A DNA stretch of 63,692 nt, the filler included. It is 11 parts of 11 records of this genome, joined end to end, with 100 filler letters (N's around TTAATTAATTAA, not from the genome) between each part and the next. Parts side by side here need not be neighbours in the genome. Positions count along the whole stretch, not along the records: positions 19,173 to 30,668 come from SRR15195285_1205; positions 30,769 to 38,309 come from SRR15195285_1207; 9 more parts are not named here. The stretch is one strand, 5' to 3'. The notes under the pieces were generated by a model. That model saw only the letters and a program-made list of their open reading frames with translations. It did not search any database and was not told where the DNA came from. Every line of letters starts with the position of its first letter. Position 1 is the stretch's first letter. Both the position numbers and the translations under genes were made by a program. This document shows, piece by piece, positions 22,326-35,265 of this stretch.

Positions 22326-23968
22326 CTAGTGGTTCCAAGCGACAAGCTCCCCATCCTGCGTAATCGTGTAATCATTGCTGTGCTGGTTAAGGCAGACGTC
22401 GCAGTGCTCGAACTGGCGGACCCACCAGCCAGTAGTGTTCTTAGTGGCAGTCGCTTTAGGCTTCCCGCACTGCAGCTTGTCGTACAGAGGATGCCAGCAC
22501 CAGCCGGAATCTGTCCAGGGATCCCCACCAACAACTGAGCTGCTGGTTTGGAAATAAGAATATTCCCCTTGTGCTATCATGAATGCCGCAATTGCCGAGC
22601 CGATTCCGACGTCATTCGGATCAGAGCAATTGTACGGTTTTCCGTAGGCGTGCGCCATAACAGGGATCCCGAGCTCGCTCTCTTTCATCACATTCTCGAC
22701 AGACATTCCGATGCTCTCAGACCAGCCAGATGATTGGAACCATTCTGCGTACATCATATGCAGCATGCACAATTTTCAATTACAATTGCGCATGCAGACG
22801 ATGATCGTCGAACCGATACATACCGTAGTATCGCATCCAAGTCACGTTCGAAAGCTGTTCCACGGCCTCGGCTTCTGTGAAGGTTTTTCCTGAACGAACG
22901 GAACAGAGCCAATTAGACGAGGTGCAGCAGTAGAGTCAAAGTGGCGTAGTACCTTCACTAATCAGCCCAGGGTACCCTCGATGCGCCGCGACAATTGGAT
23001 CAAACGGCACTGCCATTGAATATATTGGGATGAGATTTGCCGCATTCAGTTTCTCGGCTGCCTCAACCAGCAGCGTGAGTCCCGCGCGAATAGACTCCAT
23101 GCGATCGGCGTCGGTAAAGTTCAGGTCCTTGCCGCCTGTGTTTGAAGCATTGTAGGAGATGGAACAGTTGCCGCTGCCACCGACCAAACCTGATGGGCTG
23201 GGGTGTGGGTTCTCGGCAAGCATGCCCAATCCTCCGTCAAAGAACACCATCGACAAACCAGAGTTTGCTTCAGCGGTGATTTCCCCGATGATCTCGTCCA
23301 GATAGTATCGGCGAGCTGATTCGTTGCGAAAGTCCCTGCGGAAGGCCCACCCATATCACTGCCAGCGCAATCGAAGCGCACGGAGCGTACCTACAGGTAT
23401 AATTGGATGAGCGCGCGTACCAGATTGGCCCTGATGACCAGCAGTATTCCCCAGTACTCTTGGAAGTGAAGAAAAATCCTCGTTTCGACGGGTCGGTGTA
23501 GGCCTCGTAGATCTTCTTCCACCACCAGCACGGGGTTGAGAGCTGGCGATAGACGAAGATTCCTTGCGTCGTGGAGGCTGGATGGGTATCAAGGTAGTGC
23601 TTGAATGCACGGCTCTGGTTGTAGAGAGCGCCCTCTTCGTTGGCATGGCCGTTAGCTGGGGTGTAGCCTTCTGGCGGCTTCGTCGGACAACCTTGCGGAT
23701 TGGAACTCTCGCAATTGCACGCACCAGAGCAGCACTGCTGCATGCACCCTTGCTGCCAACCCCACCCTGATATCTGGTGCTTTGCAACCATCGCCATCTC
23801 GGTGTCGTTCTCGATGCCCCAGATGTCAGCGCCAAAGAAAGACGCCGGAAAATGCTCAAAGCCTTTGTACTCAAATGGCATCGGGATCTTGGCGGACGTC
23901 TCTACCGCCAGCAGCGTCAGCGGCAAAGCGATGCACCTCGCCGTCCACCAGCAACTCGGACTCATCAT
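22326..23968 (-). CDS. Secreted putative glycoside hydrolase, GHL15-like TIM barrel
   Basis: Signal peptide, IFVYRQ, W|DFRNESARRYY, VFFDG, AIAAFMIAQGEYSYF, WHPLYDKLQCGKP...WVRQFEHCDVCLN. This is the typical layout of hypothetical glycosyl hydrolase family 15. Confidence 0.7.
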
Positions 23969-24443
23969 AGTAGTGCCACGCAGCACCAGTGGAAACCGCC
24001 GGTACCAGTGTCACGCCGCCGAGGCTATCGCACGCAACTGTGACTGTCGCTGAAGAGCCAGGGTGTGGCGAAACGCGACAATACAGTCGGGATGGCTTTG
24101 CGTAGTTACATATACGGGGTAACCGGCGCGCCCGGCGCGGGACTGATGTCGTACGCGGGCGCGACCCAGGTCGATTCTCAGCAGTGTACACACCCTGTCG
24201 GACACTCGCGGCCTGTGACACTTCACTCTAACTCTTCAGCCGTTCCCGGTGCGTTCAGTGAACGGTTCACGCGTCAGTTGAATCGAATCGCGGCCGGTGC
24301 GATTGCAACAGTTTGGGTCCGATGGGCATGATGCTGATGCTGATGGTCATCATGCCAACGGGCATGGCTGCCCAGGGGGGCTGGCTGACTGACTGACCGA
24401 TCAGTTCTTGAGCAGTTGGATCAGCCAGCTGGATCAGCTAGTC

Positions 24444-24503
24444 GTGTGCTGCTCAGAGGTGTGCTGCTCAGCCGTGTGCTGCTCAGCCGTCTGCTGCTCG
24501 CAT
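24444..24503. repeat. 15-bp tandem repeat (GTGTGCTGCTCAGCC) x4, imperfect
   Basis: Units start at 24444, 24459, 24474 and 24489, in the divergent intergenic region. Confidence 0.8.
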
Positions 24504-24668
24504 CACTCGCGGGCGGCCAGAGGATCGCTGTCTGCCCGCTCAGACCTCTGCTGTTTGCTCGCTCACTGGCGAGAGGACTGACTGCATTCAGCTCAGCCCT
24601 GAGCTCAGCTGTCTGCTGCTTGCTCACCGGCGACGAGAGAATCGCTCGCGCAGTTGGAGACTGCCGAA

Positions 24669-26830
24669 ATGTCGGTCGGGATCACGTCGCTCTCCTCGGT
24701 CTCGGCCGGTGTGTTTTCACCGGAAGCGCCGCGGCCGAAGCGAGGCGTGGGGCTGTATGGAACAGGGGCGGAGCGTTCTCCCGCCAAGGCGAAGGGCAAG
24801 TCACCTGTCCAGGCAATTCAGGGGAGTTCGCCGCAGCGCCAGGCAGTCAATGCGGTCTTTGGTGCAAGTCCCAGTGCGGCTGCTGGCCCGGAACCAGGCA
24901 GCGTACAGGCACCAGCGGTTCCCGATGTCGCGCTGGGCAGTTACCAAGCGCTGGAGCGTGTGGGCGTCACAGGGACGTTGAACTTCGATCGCGACGCGCC
25001 CGCTGTGGTGGGCGTGCTAGCTGAGGGCGAAAAGATCGTGGCGCTGGAGGGCGCTGTCTCAGATGCTGGTGTTAAACGTATCCGCATCAGCAGTGGCTGG
25101 ATCAGCCTTGTGGACGCGGAGGGCACGCCGTTACTGGAGAAGCTGCCAGATACCGTCGCAGCGAAGAAGTGGCGCGGCGGGCTCGCAGCGATGAGACAAA
25201 TGGCGCGCGCTGAGGTAGAGGGTGCAGACGATTCCTACAAGGGCCAGTGGAGATTTAATGCAAAGGATCTGAAGGACGTGCTGGAGCGCAAGCGCGACGA
25301 GGCGGAACAGCAGCGCCAACAATGGGAGCAGAAAAAGGCCGAGCACCAGGAGGAAGTTCGGGCAAAGCTCAACAAGAAGCCGCTCTCGAAGAAAGGAAAA
25401 CAGTACGTCAGCAAGTACGCCGACCGCCGCCAGAGCCTCCTCGCAGCCAAGGCGGAACGCGAGCAGAGGGGCCGCGTCGCGCTGCAGCCGTCCGTATATG
25501 GTCAGTTCAACGACGTTGCTAACGCGTTTTCCCCACAAGGCCACGCGGCAGGCGGCGGTGTTGTCTCAGAAGCTTCGCCACACGCAGCTAGCGTACCGCG
25601 TGGGAAAGACTGGTACGAGCACGACCCGTCGATGCGTATGGCCAATGAAGAGGTTGCGATGGCCAACTCCCGACCGGTGGCATTCCTCGCACGGACACGC
25701 GGGATCGGGATCGGAAAAGATTCCCATCGCATCCTCACAAACGACGCCCACACAAACAGGGTCAGCCCGCAGCAGCAGTGGAGAGTTGGTGGGAGTGAAA
25801 CCGGCGATGACGTGGGAGTTCTCGAGCGCGACGAGCGGAAGCGACTACGGAAAGAGCGAAGGCGCGCGCGGTCAACTGACATGGCCCTGCAACGGCAGCG
25901 AGACGAGATCACACGTGGCGATGGCGATAACAGCAACAGGGCACAGTCCATTGCGGAGCATGTGGGTAGTTCTGATAGACGACAAGCACGAGGCGGAATA
26001 CTGTACCCCGGCCAGAAACGCCATGTCCCAGCGCCAGTATCTCTCTCTCCACCGCCGATCCCAGTGCACCATACGAAGAACACAGGAGCACGCGCGGCCG
26101 CAGCTGACATCGCCACTGCGGTGCGCAACAACCCGACTGCACTTTCCGAGCGTTTCACGGACATCAACTCTGTCCTTGATAGCGTTTCAATTCCGTCAGA
26201 GCTCCAAGCTGCTGCAGCCGCAGCGTCCATACAGAATACTTCGCTCGGTGATCCGCACGACCATCAGCAGCAACGCCGCAGTGGCAACGGGGAAGATGGC
26301 AGTACACCGAGCGTATTGCTGGGCATGGGGGCTGGAGCAGACGCTGCAGGGCAACTTGGTCCTGGTCGGGAGGTTGTAAGTAGCTGGAGAGTGTCGGATG
26401 TTGCGCAATGGCTCCGTTCGACTTGTGGGCTCGCTGCTCATGTCCCTAGATTCGTAGAGCAAGGTATGGTTCTCTCTCAATCTTCCGGGCACTTTTGCAA
26501 CATTTGTAGCACGCTGGTTGTAGCTCAGCTTCCAGCGGATATCCCTGAACCGCAATTTGTTCTCGAACAGGGATCGACGGTCCTGTGCTCGTGGAGCTGT
26601 ACCGTCAGCTACTTGTGGACGCATCCGCCACGTTGGACATGGTGCGCGGGCACTTCGGGCTCGCACAGTTAGGAGAGGCAGTAAAATTTGTGGGGCTGCT
26701 CCGAGAAGCCTGCACAGATCCAGTTGCCTTCATGGCAGCAGCGGGTCTGGAAGGGCAAATCATACACGATGGAGGACACCTCCCACCGACGCCGCCGCCG
26801 CCGCCTGAACCACCACCTCCAGATGAATGA
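24669..26830 (+). CDS. Disordered/coiled-coil protein with SH3-like beta domain and C-terminal SAM domain
   Basis: SH3-like: YQALERVGV..VVGVLAEGEKIVALE..RIRISSGWISL..GTPLLEKL. SAM: VSSWRVSDVAQWLRSTCGL..VPRFVEQG|IDGPVLVEL, across intron 26464-26570. Confidence 0.7.
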
Positions 26831-27038
26831 GTAGCTGGCAAGAGAAATTGCTTGAACACACTTGTCAGAGATCCCATAGCAGCCGTATCCGTAATTGGGC
26901 AATAAATACGGCCACAATGCCGACGTGTCTGTGCAGCTTCGCAGAGGCGAGCGGTAGCAGTGAACAAATGCACCCCGTACAATCCGTGCATGCATTACTC
27001 AAGTACATGATTCTTCCCTCGCTGCTATTCCTTTATCT

Positions 27039-30000
27039 TTATTGGCCTTGGCCTGGGTTGCACTCTGCCTGTGTGACCGGAGGGTATGCAGTGAAATTAC
27101 CTATTCCAGGCAGCATTTGTTTCAGAGGAAACTCACTTCAAGCGCCAAGACGTAGTCTAGTTTGTTGGACAGTGCACGTACTGATGAAAGAGATCACACC
27201 GTACGCACCGCCCGCCACAGGCGATGCAGCACCGTCCGCAAGCGTCGGCAGCTTTAGTGACGGCGATTCTGCCAGGAACTTGCCTGCGTTCGCGAGAGCA
27301 AGCTTCCCTGTGCAACACCGAAACATCACCGCTCAGAGAGTTATCGAATTGGTCAGATAAGATGAACGCAGTTTGCAATCGAACCCATCTCGTTAGGTGT
27401 GCGTCCGCCACAGCCCTGGCTAAACTCCTCAAAATCGTGCCACATGCCTTCGTAAACCTGACATGCTACTGGCGCACCCGCAGCCTGCGCAAAACCAGGC
27501 AAGCAATCTCACGTCGCAGTCGAAAGACACCGATTGATCGATTTCAACCGACCATTTGAGTGCGGCTGTGCATACCTGTGCGTTCTGCGCCAACTGTAGG
27601 TTCTCGGCCATAAGAATTTCGGTTCCACCAACAATCAGAAGCAGTGGTGGGAAGTGTCGCAACAATTCAGGGCCTGCATGGACCTGCTCGGCAAGCAGAT
27701 CGATTAGTTGGCAACACAGTGTTACGATCTAATTGCAACCTCAACAGCTGGCATGAGAGTCAGCGTGGATTGTGCAAACCGGTGATAGGAGAGGATGTGA
27801 TATCGGCAGATCTCCAGCGTAGCTGACCGCAGCACACATTCCTTTCAGGCTGTCCCAGCCAGCGGTGTTCATACCAGAGTTTGGTGACTGCATGTCGAGG
27901 CAGTGTCCTGAAACCCCCCAAACAACGGACGGAAGTAAAAGCAGATCTCGCGAAACTTGTGCCCATATGTGTGCGGGCAGTGTCGCAGCGAACGCACCAG
28001 TGCAGTAGGCGTGTTCTCGCCACCCTGGGTTTGCACTGCAAGATTAGCACGACGATCGTCAGTTTCGAATCGCGATGTGACGTTACAATCCCACACAAAT
28101 GGACCAGCGCGCAGCAGTTCCTGCGTCAGTCGGAGAAACAGTGAGGTACAACGGCTACGTCAGCGTATCCTCATACCCAGTGAGGTCGAGCCAGGCAGAG
28201 AAAGTGACCGCCGAAGTGATGTTCGGGGCAAATCCCTGCCCGGTGTTCTTGCGGTGGGCCAGCAGCAAGAGCGTCTGCACAACTTGAGTCGCCCCCGAGG
28301 AATCACCGTACAGAGAAACCGAGCTGGCTCCTTGCTCGTGCAGCCAGCCAACGGCTTGCAATACATCGTTGATTGCCGCGGCTGTGAAGTGGCACCATAC
28401 GGCATTGCATGAGAGAGAAGTCAACACAAAGCAGAGCAGGACCAGATACAAGGATTCGAAAAAGCTTTTAAGACTGAGTCTGATGACTCACGATATTGGT
28501 TCTGTCCGTTCTGTGATGTGCGATAATCGACTGCAAGGACACCTATCCCAGCATTCCTGGCCACTTCTGCAGAGAGGATGGCGTAGCCGGCCCCGATGTT
28601 GTTGTTCCAAGCAAACTCACCGCCGTGGATGAAGACGATCCATTTCTTGCCGTGGATGTACTTTTTAATGAGTGCGTCATCGAATGTAGGACCCGTGCAG
28701 ATCATCGAGCCCGGTGTGTTGTGGTCGCGCGAGCAATCGCAGTGCTCCGCAGCATCACAGGCCGCAAGGCCGGCACCGCCCTGTTCAGTGCCGGCAGCAG
28801 CACACGGGAAGAAGAACCACGCCTTGCCGTTGCCGTCGCCGTCCCTGACCGCGTGCACGCCGGCCGATCGATCAGATCAGTACAGCAGCTGGTCCTCACC
28901 GTAGTTGCTAGACTTGCAAGGTTCGTACCAGTACCTAGGGAAGTATTTCGGATCGGTTTCGTTTGCTCCAGCTGGAGCTTGTTTCCCGACCATCGAACCA
29001 CAGCCTATGGTGGGCGGGACGTGGCGATCCATCATGACAACGTTGTTGTTGTTATCGTCGATGTGATCGCACCTGACACCAGAGGCCTGGATTAGCAGAC
29101 AGTCTGTACACGCCCCTCGTGATGCAGGCACGGGCCAGGTCTAGTAGATCTAACGATAGATGTTCCGCCGGCGCAAGACGAAGAGCTTGCACTTGACTTA
29201 CCACGAGGCTGCGTCATCGATGAGGGCGTAGCCGGAGTACGCATTCAGCGACGGATACGCGGTCGACGTCGAGGAAGCAAGTTGGCAGAGACGCCTGTGC
29301 CCACAACCGCTCACCGGTCACTCCAATGAGACATGGGAACACGCTCTAGGTTTCGAAATGCGCACCGGGCACCAGCAGTGGAAACTGTCCACGCTTTGCA
29401 GCCGGTCGTGTTCCGACAGCGTGCGCAGCACAGTGCGGCCTCGTCTGGGGCCCTGCGGACCCACGTGGAGCCGTCAGTCCACTTGATGGACGTCGCGCCG
29501 CCGTCCTGCGAAATCTGCCCTTGCCCTTGGCTGCCACTGTCAAAGTTGAGATTCAACGAGGAAGTGCTGACAGTGCCATTTGCCAGGTGCCAGAGGTAGG
29601 CTACTCCGCCGTTGCCATCTGGATGCGACGCCTTGAGGACTCGTGTTGAGTCACACACTTTCGCCGATGCCATCGGGCCGCTGTTAACGCAGGTCACATG
29701 CACCGCGGGCGGCTTTGCACCAGCTTCGATCAGGTACATGTCGTTTAGCGTGTTACTGCGAGCAGCACGATACATCACTGGGTAAGGTCACTACATCCGA
29801 AGCTGCACGGTGGCTTTTGGTCGGCGGACCCGTCCGATGTCACGCCGGTCCACGTCCCAAGGAGATGGTTCGGGCCTGGGTCGGGCATCAGGACTGCACT
29901 CGCGATTGGGTCCTGGGGCTCTTTGAACTGGGGCGCAATGAAGGTGGTGTCTGGCAAGACACGGCACATCTCGGCAGTAGGCATGTCGGCGGAGGTGACA

Positions 30001-30392
30001 TTCCCGACACGAGGGGGCGGAGATCGCTTCCACTCGCAGGTCAGGAAGCCGCCTCGCTCAGTCACACTGGCGTTCGCGCCGTGGACGCAGGACTCGAGCG
30101 ACAGCGCAGTTGCCTGACCGCCACACGTGCACCAGAGCGCGGTCCCCATCCGCCCACACTGCGTGCAGCCCTTCGTGTAGTTCCCGTGCGGCAGCGGGTC
30201 AGGACCCGCCCAGTGCGGCAATGGCGCCAGCTCGCCCTGTAGCTCCCTCAGTCGCAGCTGCGCGTCATGCAGCGCCTGCGCTGCCCGGACCACCTCTGCC
30301 TCGGCCGACTCGCGCTCTCCACTGTCTGAGCTCAGCCCGAGCTGCAGGCAGCAGGCGCCAGCGCAGAGCCAGAGCAGCGACGTGGTGCCCAT
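27039..30392 (-). CDS. Secreted HSL-family alpha/beta hydrolase (esterase) with N-terminal CVNH-like and Apple/PAN modules
   Basis: Signal peptide; PHGNYTKGCTQC..LWCTC..ERGGFLTCE; CCARCRNTTGCKAWT; FIHGGEF, VLAVDYR, LYGDSSG (nucleophile), FPPLLLIVGGTEIL, YEGMWHDF. The N-terminal modules splice in frame into the hydrolase. Confidence 0.82.
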
Positions 30393-30475
30393 CGCCCAGC
30401 GTTACCACCGCCGCCACCGCCGCCAGTCGCACCGCCGCCACTTCTCCGGCTCCCTCCCGCCAGTCCACGCCGGCG

Positions 30476-30489
30476 TGCATATATATGCA
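30476..30489 (-). promoter_or_regulatory. TATA-like palindrome TGCATATATATGCA upstream of the esterase gene
   Basis: AT island in very GC-rich DNA, ~85-100 bp upstream of ATG 30392. Confidence 0.45.
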
Positions 30490-30668
30490 TGCGACGTGCG
30501 CGGAACGTGCGCGCCGCGGAGGATCCCTGCTGCCGCCGATGCTCACTGCATGGGCGCGTGCCGATCCGTCGACGCTCGAGCCTCAGCCCTCACCAGAAAT
30601 CAGACTCACTCCGAATATACTGCAACCCAAAATCGTCAGGTTGAAAATCGTCGGATCACCAAAATCGT

Positions 30669-30768
30669 NNNNNNNNNNNNNNNNNNNNNNNNNNNNNNNN
30701 NNNNNNNNNNNNTTAATTAATTAANNNNNNNNNNNNNNNNNNNNNNNNNNNNNNNNNNNNNNNNNNNN
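30669..30768. other. Artificial contig linker
   Basis: N44-TTAATTAATTAA-N44. Confidence 0.98.
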
Positions 30769-30870
30769 CTCAGTTGCAACCTGGGTACTGCGCCTTAGGC
30801 GTGACGGACACATCGGCGTGTCCTGAGTGCGTGGGTCTGGGTCGTGGGTGTGGCTCGCGCGAGCGAGCGC

Positions 30871-30879
30871 TATATATAG
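30871..30879 (+). promoter_or_regulatory. TATA box (TATATATAG) upstream of the PX-anoctamin gene
   Basis: Flanked by CG-rich runs, 125 bp upstream of ATG 30996. Confidence 0.5.
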
Positions 30880-30995
30880 TGCGCCGCCGGCGCCGCCGGC
30901 GCGCGCGCGAGGGAGGCTCCGTGAAGATATGCTAAAGAATATTCGGGCGCAACACTATACTCTATATTAACCCCTTCGTTGAACAGGAGAACACG

Positions 30996-33900
30996 ATGGC
31001 AGGGCCTGGAGCGGCGACGAAGATAGAGCGCGTGGACGTCTGTGGAGCGGAGGTGCTGGTCGATGATTTCGGCAAAGAATACGCAGCGTATTTGTGTCGC
31101 GTCACCCAGAAAACACCCAAGACCGAGATGTGGCACATCCTACGTCGCTTCAGCGAGTGGCAGCGCCTGCGCGATTCGCTGCCTGAGACCGGTGGGGTAT
31201 TCCTGCCTGAGTTTCCGGCAAAACAGCTCTTTGGGAGCGTCAAGCCTCACGTAATGGAGGCGCGGCGGTTGGCACTACGGGCATGGATTGTGGCAGTCAT
31301 ACGCGCACCAAGACTCTGCGATAGCGACGCCGTCCGTCACTGGGTGATGCCTACACAGGACGATCTCGACTACGAGCGCGAGTACGGCGACGTCCAACTG
31401 GCGATCCACACAGATCAGCTGGCGCAGCGAATGGGGAAGCTTGAGCAGCAGCCGCAGGAGCAACTAACTGTGGGGAGCGACCCTCAGCCGGACCCGCAAC
31501 CACAGCTGGGCCCGGGGCCACAGCCCCAGCCGGAGCCCGGACCACCGCTAGTCCATCCACGACTGTCGCTGGGATCGCCAACGGACCCAGCACAACAGTC
31601 AAAACCGGAGCCAGGAATATCATCGCAGTCGATGTTGCTGTCGAAAACACTGCACGCCAAAGGCCCGCCACAGCCGGAAAAGATGCAGACATCACATGAT
31701 GCTGAGAGTGATAAACAGATCTCTGGTGGGGAGATCAAACATTCCGAGGATTCGCGACTCAAAGTCATTGGGCAGGGAGCCAGAGCGATTGCTAACATGA
31801 GGACAGACTCTGCTCGTAGTGAAGAAGACGCCAGTATAACCCCAGCACGTGATGGCCGACATGAGTACGTCGTGGCGTTCGCCCCTGGAGACGATGCGCT
31901 CTCAATCGCGAACGACGTGTGTAAGCTGCTAAGCGAACACGAGCTATGCGTTGAGTGCGTCTCTGGGTCTGCCTCAGTGAATTCGCAGCATTCATTGCTT
32001 GTCACAACTTCTGCCGCCAATTTCGATCAGCAGGCTGAACGCGACGCCACCTACAAGTGGACGAAACAGAACGACCACCTCACTGGAAAGCCGCGCAAAA
32101 AGGTCTTCACAAGAGCGCGATGCGAGGAGTTTGCGGGTCAGTACTACAACGGGAAATTGAGGCATGAGTATGGCACCGCAGACTTCTTTTCTGCAACTGA
32201 GCGCGCACGTATGGTACACTCTATCATGGACGATTTGCGTGCAAAGGACGATTCGTGCTCTGCACTGCTGGCCCGGGTCGCAAAGTTGACGGCCTATGGC
32301 CATATTACATCACCACAGCTGGAGCAAGAGTCACTCATCGACGCTCTATCACGTGCTGGTATTGGATAGAAAGCTGTTTTTTTTAAACTGTAAGATTCTG
32401 ACTTTGTTTTCCCAAGACATCATTCTGCATGTTCACAATCAGAAGCTGTCAAGACACCTCGCACGGTACCTGTACAGGCATTGTTACCGTGGTGTGCCCT
32501 CTACACGATGAGACCCTTCGTATGCAGCTGTGGGAGGAGACTAAGGTCGTTTGGCCTCTGTCAGCCCCAGTCGACGCAGTGCAATCGTACTACGGTGATC
32601 AGGTAGCGATATATTTCGCCTGGCTCGACACCCTGACGATGATGCTCATTGGCCCATCGATTTTTGGAGTGTACGTATGGTTGGCGCGGAATGATGAAGC
32701 CAGCGTGGACACGGACACCCGAACAACGCTCTACAGTTTCTTTATGGTCATTTGGGGATTTGCATTTTTGCAGACGTGGAAACGGACGGCCAATGGCTGC
32801 GCATGGAGATGGGATACGTTTGAGGCGGACAGAATCGCAGACGCAAACCCACATTTCTACGGGTTTCAGCGGATTAGTCCAGTGACTGGGCAGCCAGATC
32901 TTCACTACAAGTCGCACAAACGCTGGATAACGATCGGCTTCGTCTCGTTGCCAGTGACAGTAGCGATGCTCGCCATTGCCTTCGTGGTCATGTCCATGTC
33001 GCTCAACCTGCAGGCAATTGCGTCGAACCACGACCTTCTTGTTCAAAACACATTGATTTGCCAACCCTGGCCTGCCGGCACAATTGAGGTAGGACGTGGC
33101 TGTTGCCGGACAGGGGTACGTGGAGCAGGACTCCCCAATCTACGTGCGAATGCTTTCACACCATGGCGATCCAGGCGGGATCTTTGATAAAAATGACCCG
33201 CTGTTTGCGCTATTGCCGGTATGCATTTCGAGCGGTGCGATCGCCACGCTCAGCGCGACATACCGCTCAATAGCAACGTGGCTGACGCATCTAGAAAACC
33301 ACAAGTTTCGCCACGAGTACGAAGCCTCTTTGATCTATAAGCGCTTCATGTTCGACATGTTCGCCTACTGGATTCAGCTTTTTTACACAGCTTTCTGGGA
33401 ACTCGACATCGTCAAATTGCGCTCACAGCTCGTCTCAATCTATACGATTGATACAGTACGCCGCGCCGCGACGGAGGCGATTCTGCCGTACGTTCTGGCA
33501 CCCGCCCTTGCTGCTCTGCAGTTGATCTCCACCGATGATGGCATCCGTTCTGTGAGTTCTGAATGCTGTAGAATGGGTTGTTCGCTGATATTGCTGATTA
33601 GGTACGTACTGGCACGACGCACGCAAATCATGCAATGGGCTAAAGCTGGCTCGGCAAAGAAATCTGATGGCGACAGTACAGCAGATCAGCAGCAGCAGGC
33701 AGAAACACAGGGACAGGACAAAGCTAATGACAGGGGTGGTCGGCTTGATCAACATGCTACTGTCGATGCTCGTGGTGATGCCGTAGCGCAAGAATGTGCA
33801 TTAGACCAATACGAGCAGTTTGATGACTACCTCGAGATGGTGATTCAACTTGGCTACATCCAGCTCTTCGCTGCAGCATTTCCGCTTGCAGGTGCGCGAT

Positions 33901-34689
33901 CCAATACTTCACATCGGCAATGTATGGCATCTCTACTGTTCAACGCACGTTGACTAACTGGCTGCGCTTTGGCAGCACCACTGTCCCTCATCGGAAACTT
34001 TGTGGAGATTCGGACGGATGCTTTCAAACTCGCGTTCAACACGCGCAGACCGCATGCAACACGTTGCCGTGACACCGGCCCATGGGAGAATATTACCGCA
34101 ATTGTGAGAGTACAAGTGACTCTGTTCTGTGTTGCACTGTACAGACTGATAGTTGATCTTTTCACTTGTCTGAGTGACGCGCACTTGCGTGGCATTCAAC
34201 ACCATGTTGGCGGTCAATGCGTTCTGCGCAGATAATTTGGATGTCATGTGCGACAAATGTCATTGTGGCTGGCCTTTCCAGCCGCCAGCTGCGCGAACTC
34301 ATGCCAGGATATTTTGAGGTCGCGGCTTGCTCGACATCGATAAATGCTGACGATAGTTCGGCGAGTGGACTAGCGACAACTTGGAGTGTGACACTGATGG
34401 TGGTGAGTACTTCTCTGCCAATGCCCAGCGAACAGCACGCTCAATCGGACAAATTTATCCTTACATGTCGTGACCTCGACCGGAGCAGATACTTGAGCAC
34501 TTGCTCCTGCTACTTGGAATCCTGTCGGTGACAGCAACGCGCCCGCTCCCGGCGAACGTGCGAGACGACGTGGCACGGCGGGAGTGGGAGAAGGGGCAGG
34601 CGTTGCTCAAGGAACGATTAAAGCTGCGCAAGGAGGAGCGACTGGCGCGAAGACGACAACGGAAGAACGAGAGACAGGCGCAACGGTGA
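30996..34689 (+). CDS. Anoctamin/TMEM16 (ANO10-like scramblase/channel) with N-terminal PX domain
   Basis: PX: AYLCRV..WHILRRFSEWQRLRDSL..LPEFPAKQLFG..EARRLALRAWI. Anoctamin: FFSATER, PLHD, APVDAVQSYYGDQVAIYFAWL, SLNLQ|GY, LENHK, FDDYLEMVIQLGY..FAAAFPLA, EIRTDAFKL..RRP, TGPW. Confidence 0.92.
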
Positions 34690-35265
34690 CAAACGCACAT
34701 GTCGGACGCACTACTTCGTGACCCACGGCAAGCATGGCCCACGTGTTTGATTGCCTTCGTTCCACCGACCCATCACGTCTCGGCCAGCGTGCGCTCAAAT
34801 CAATGTACAGTCGTACTATACATTGCAAGAGTCTTTTCACGGTCCTTTCGCTTTGCACATGCGCTTTCACCTGGGCGGCCCAGAGGGCCAACATATGCCA
34901 ACGGGTTTGATGCACCGGCTGTATCGGCTGTACTGTGCATTATAATCACTCTGAGACTCTACGTTCCGGAACCACGTAGTGACTGTGTCTCCTACAGCGT
35001 ATGCTGAATCAAATCCGCGCCCGTGCCACGCCACACGTCTTGTTCTCATGCGTGCGATATGCGTGCGATTGAAGACTGCGTTGCAATCTGGGCACTGCAC
35101 CGTAGGCTTGACTCAGTGATGGCGCGCGCTCGCCGCTCGGGCGATGTGCCCGCCCGCCGGCGACCGCGCGCGGCTCGCGTGATCCCCGCGCGCGCGATCC
35201 ATGCACCAGGCGCCGCGGGTCACCGACTGACTGACTGGCAACGAAACGTGTTACTAAACGCGACG

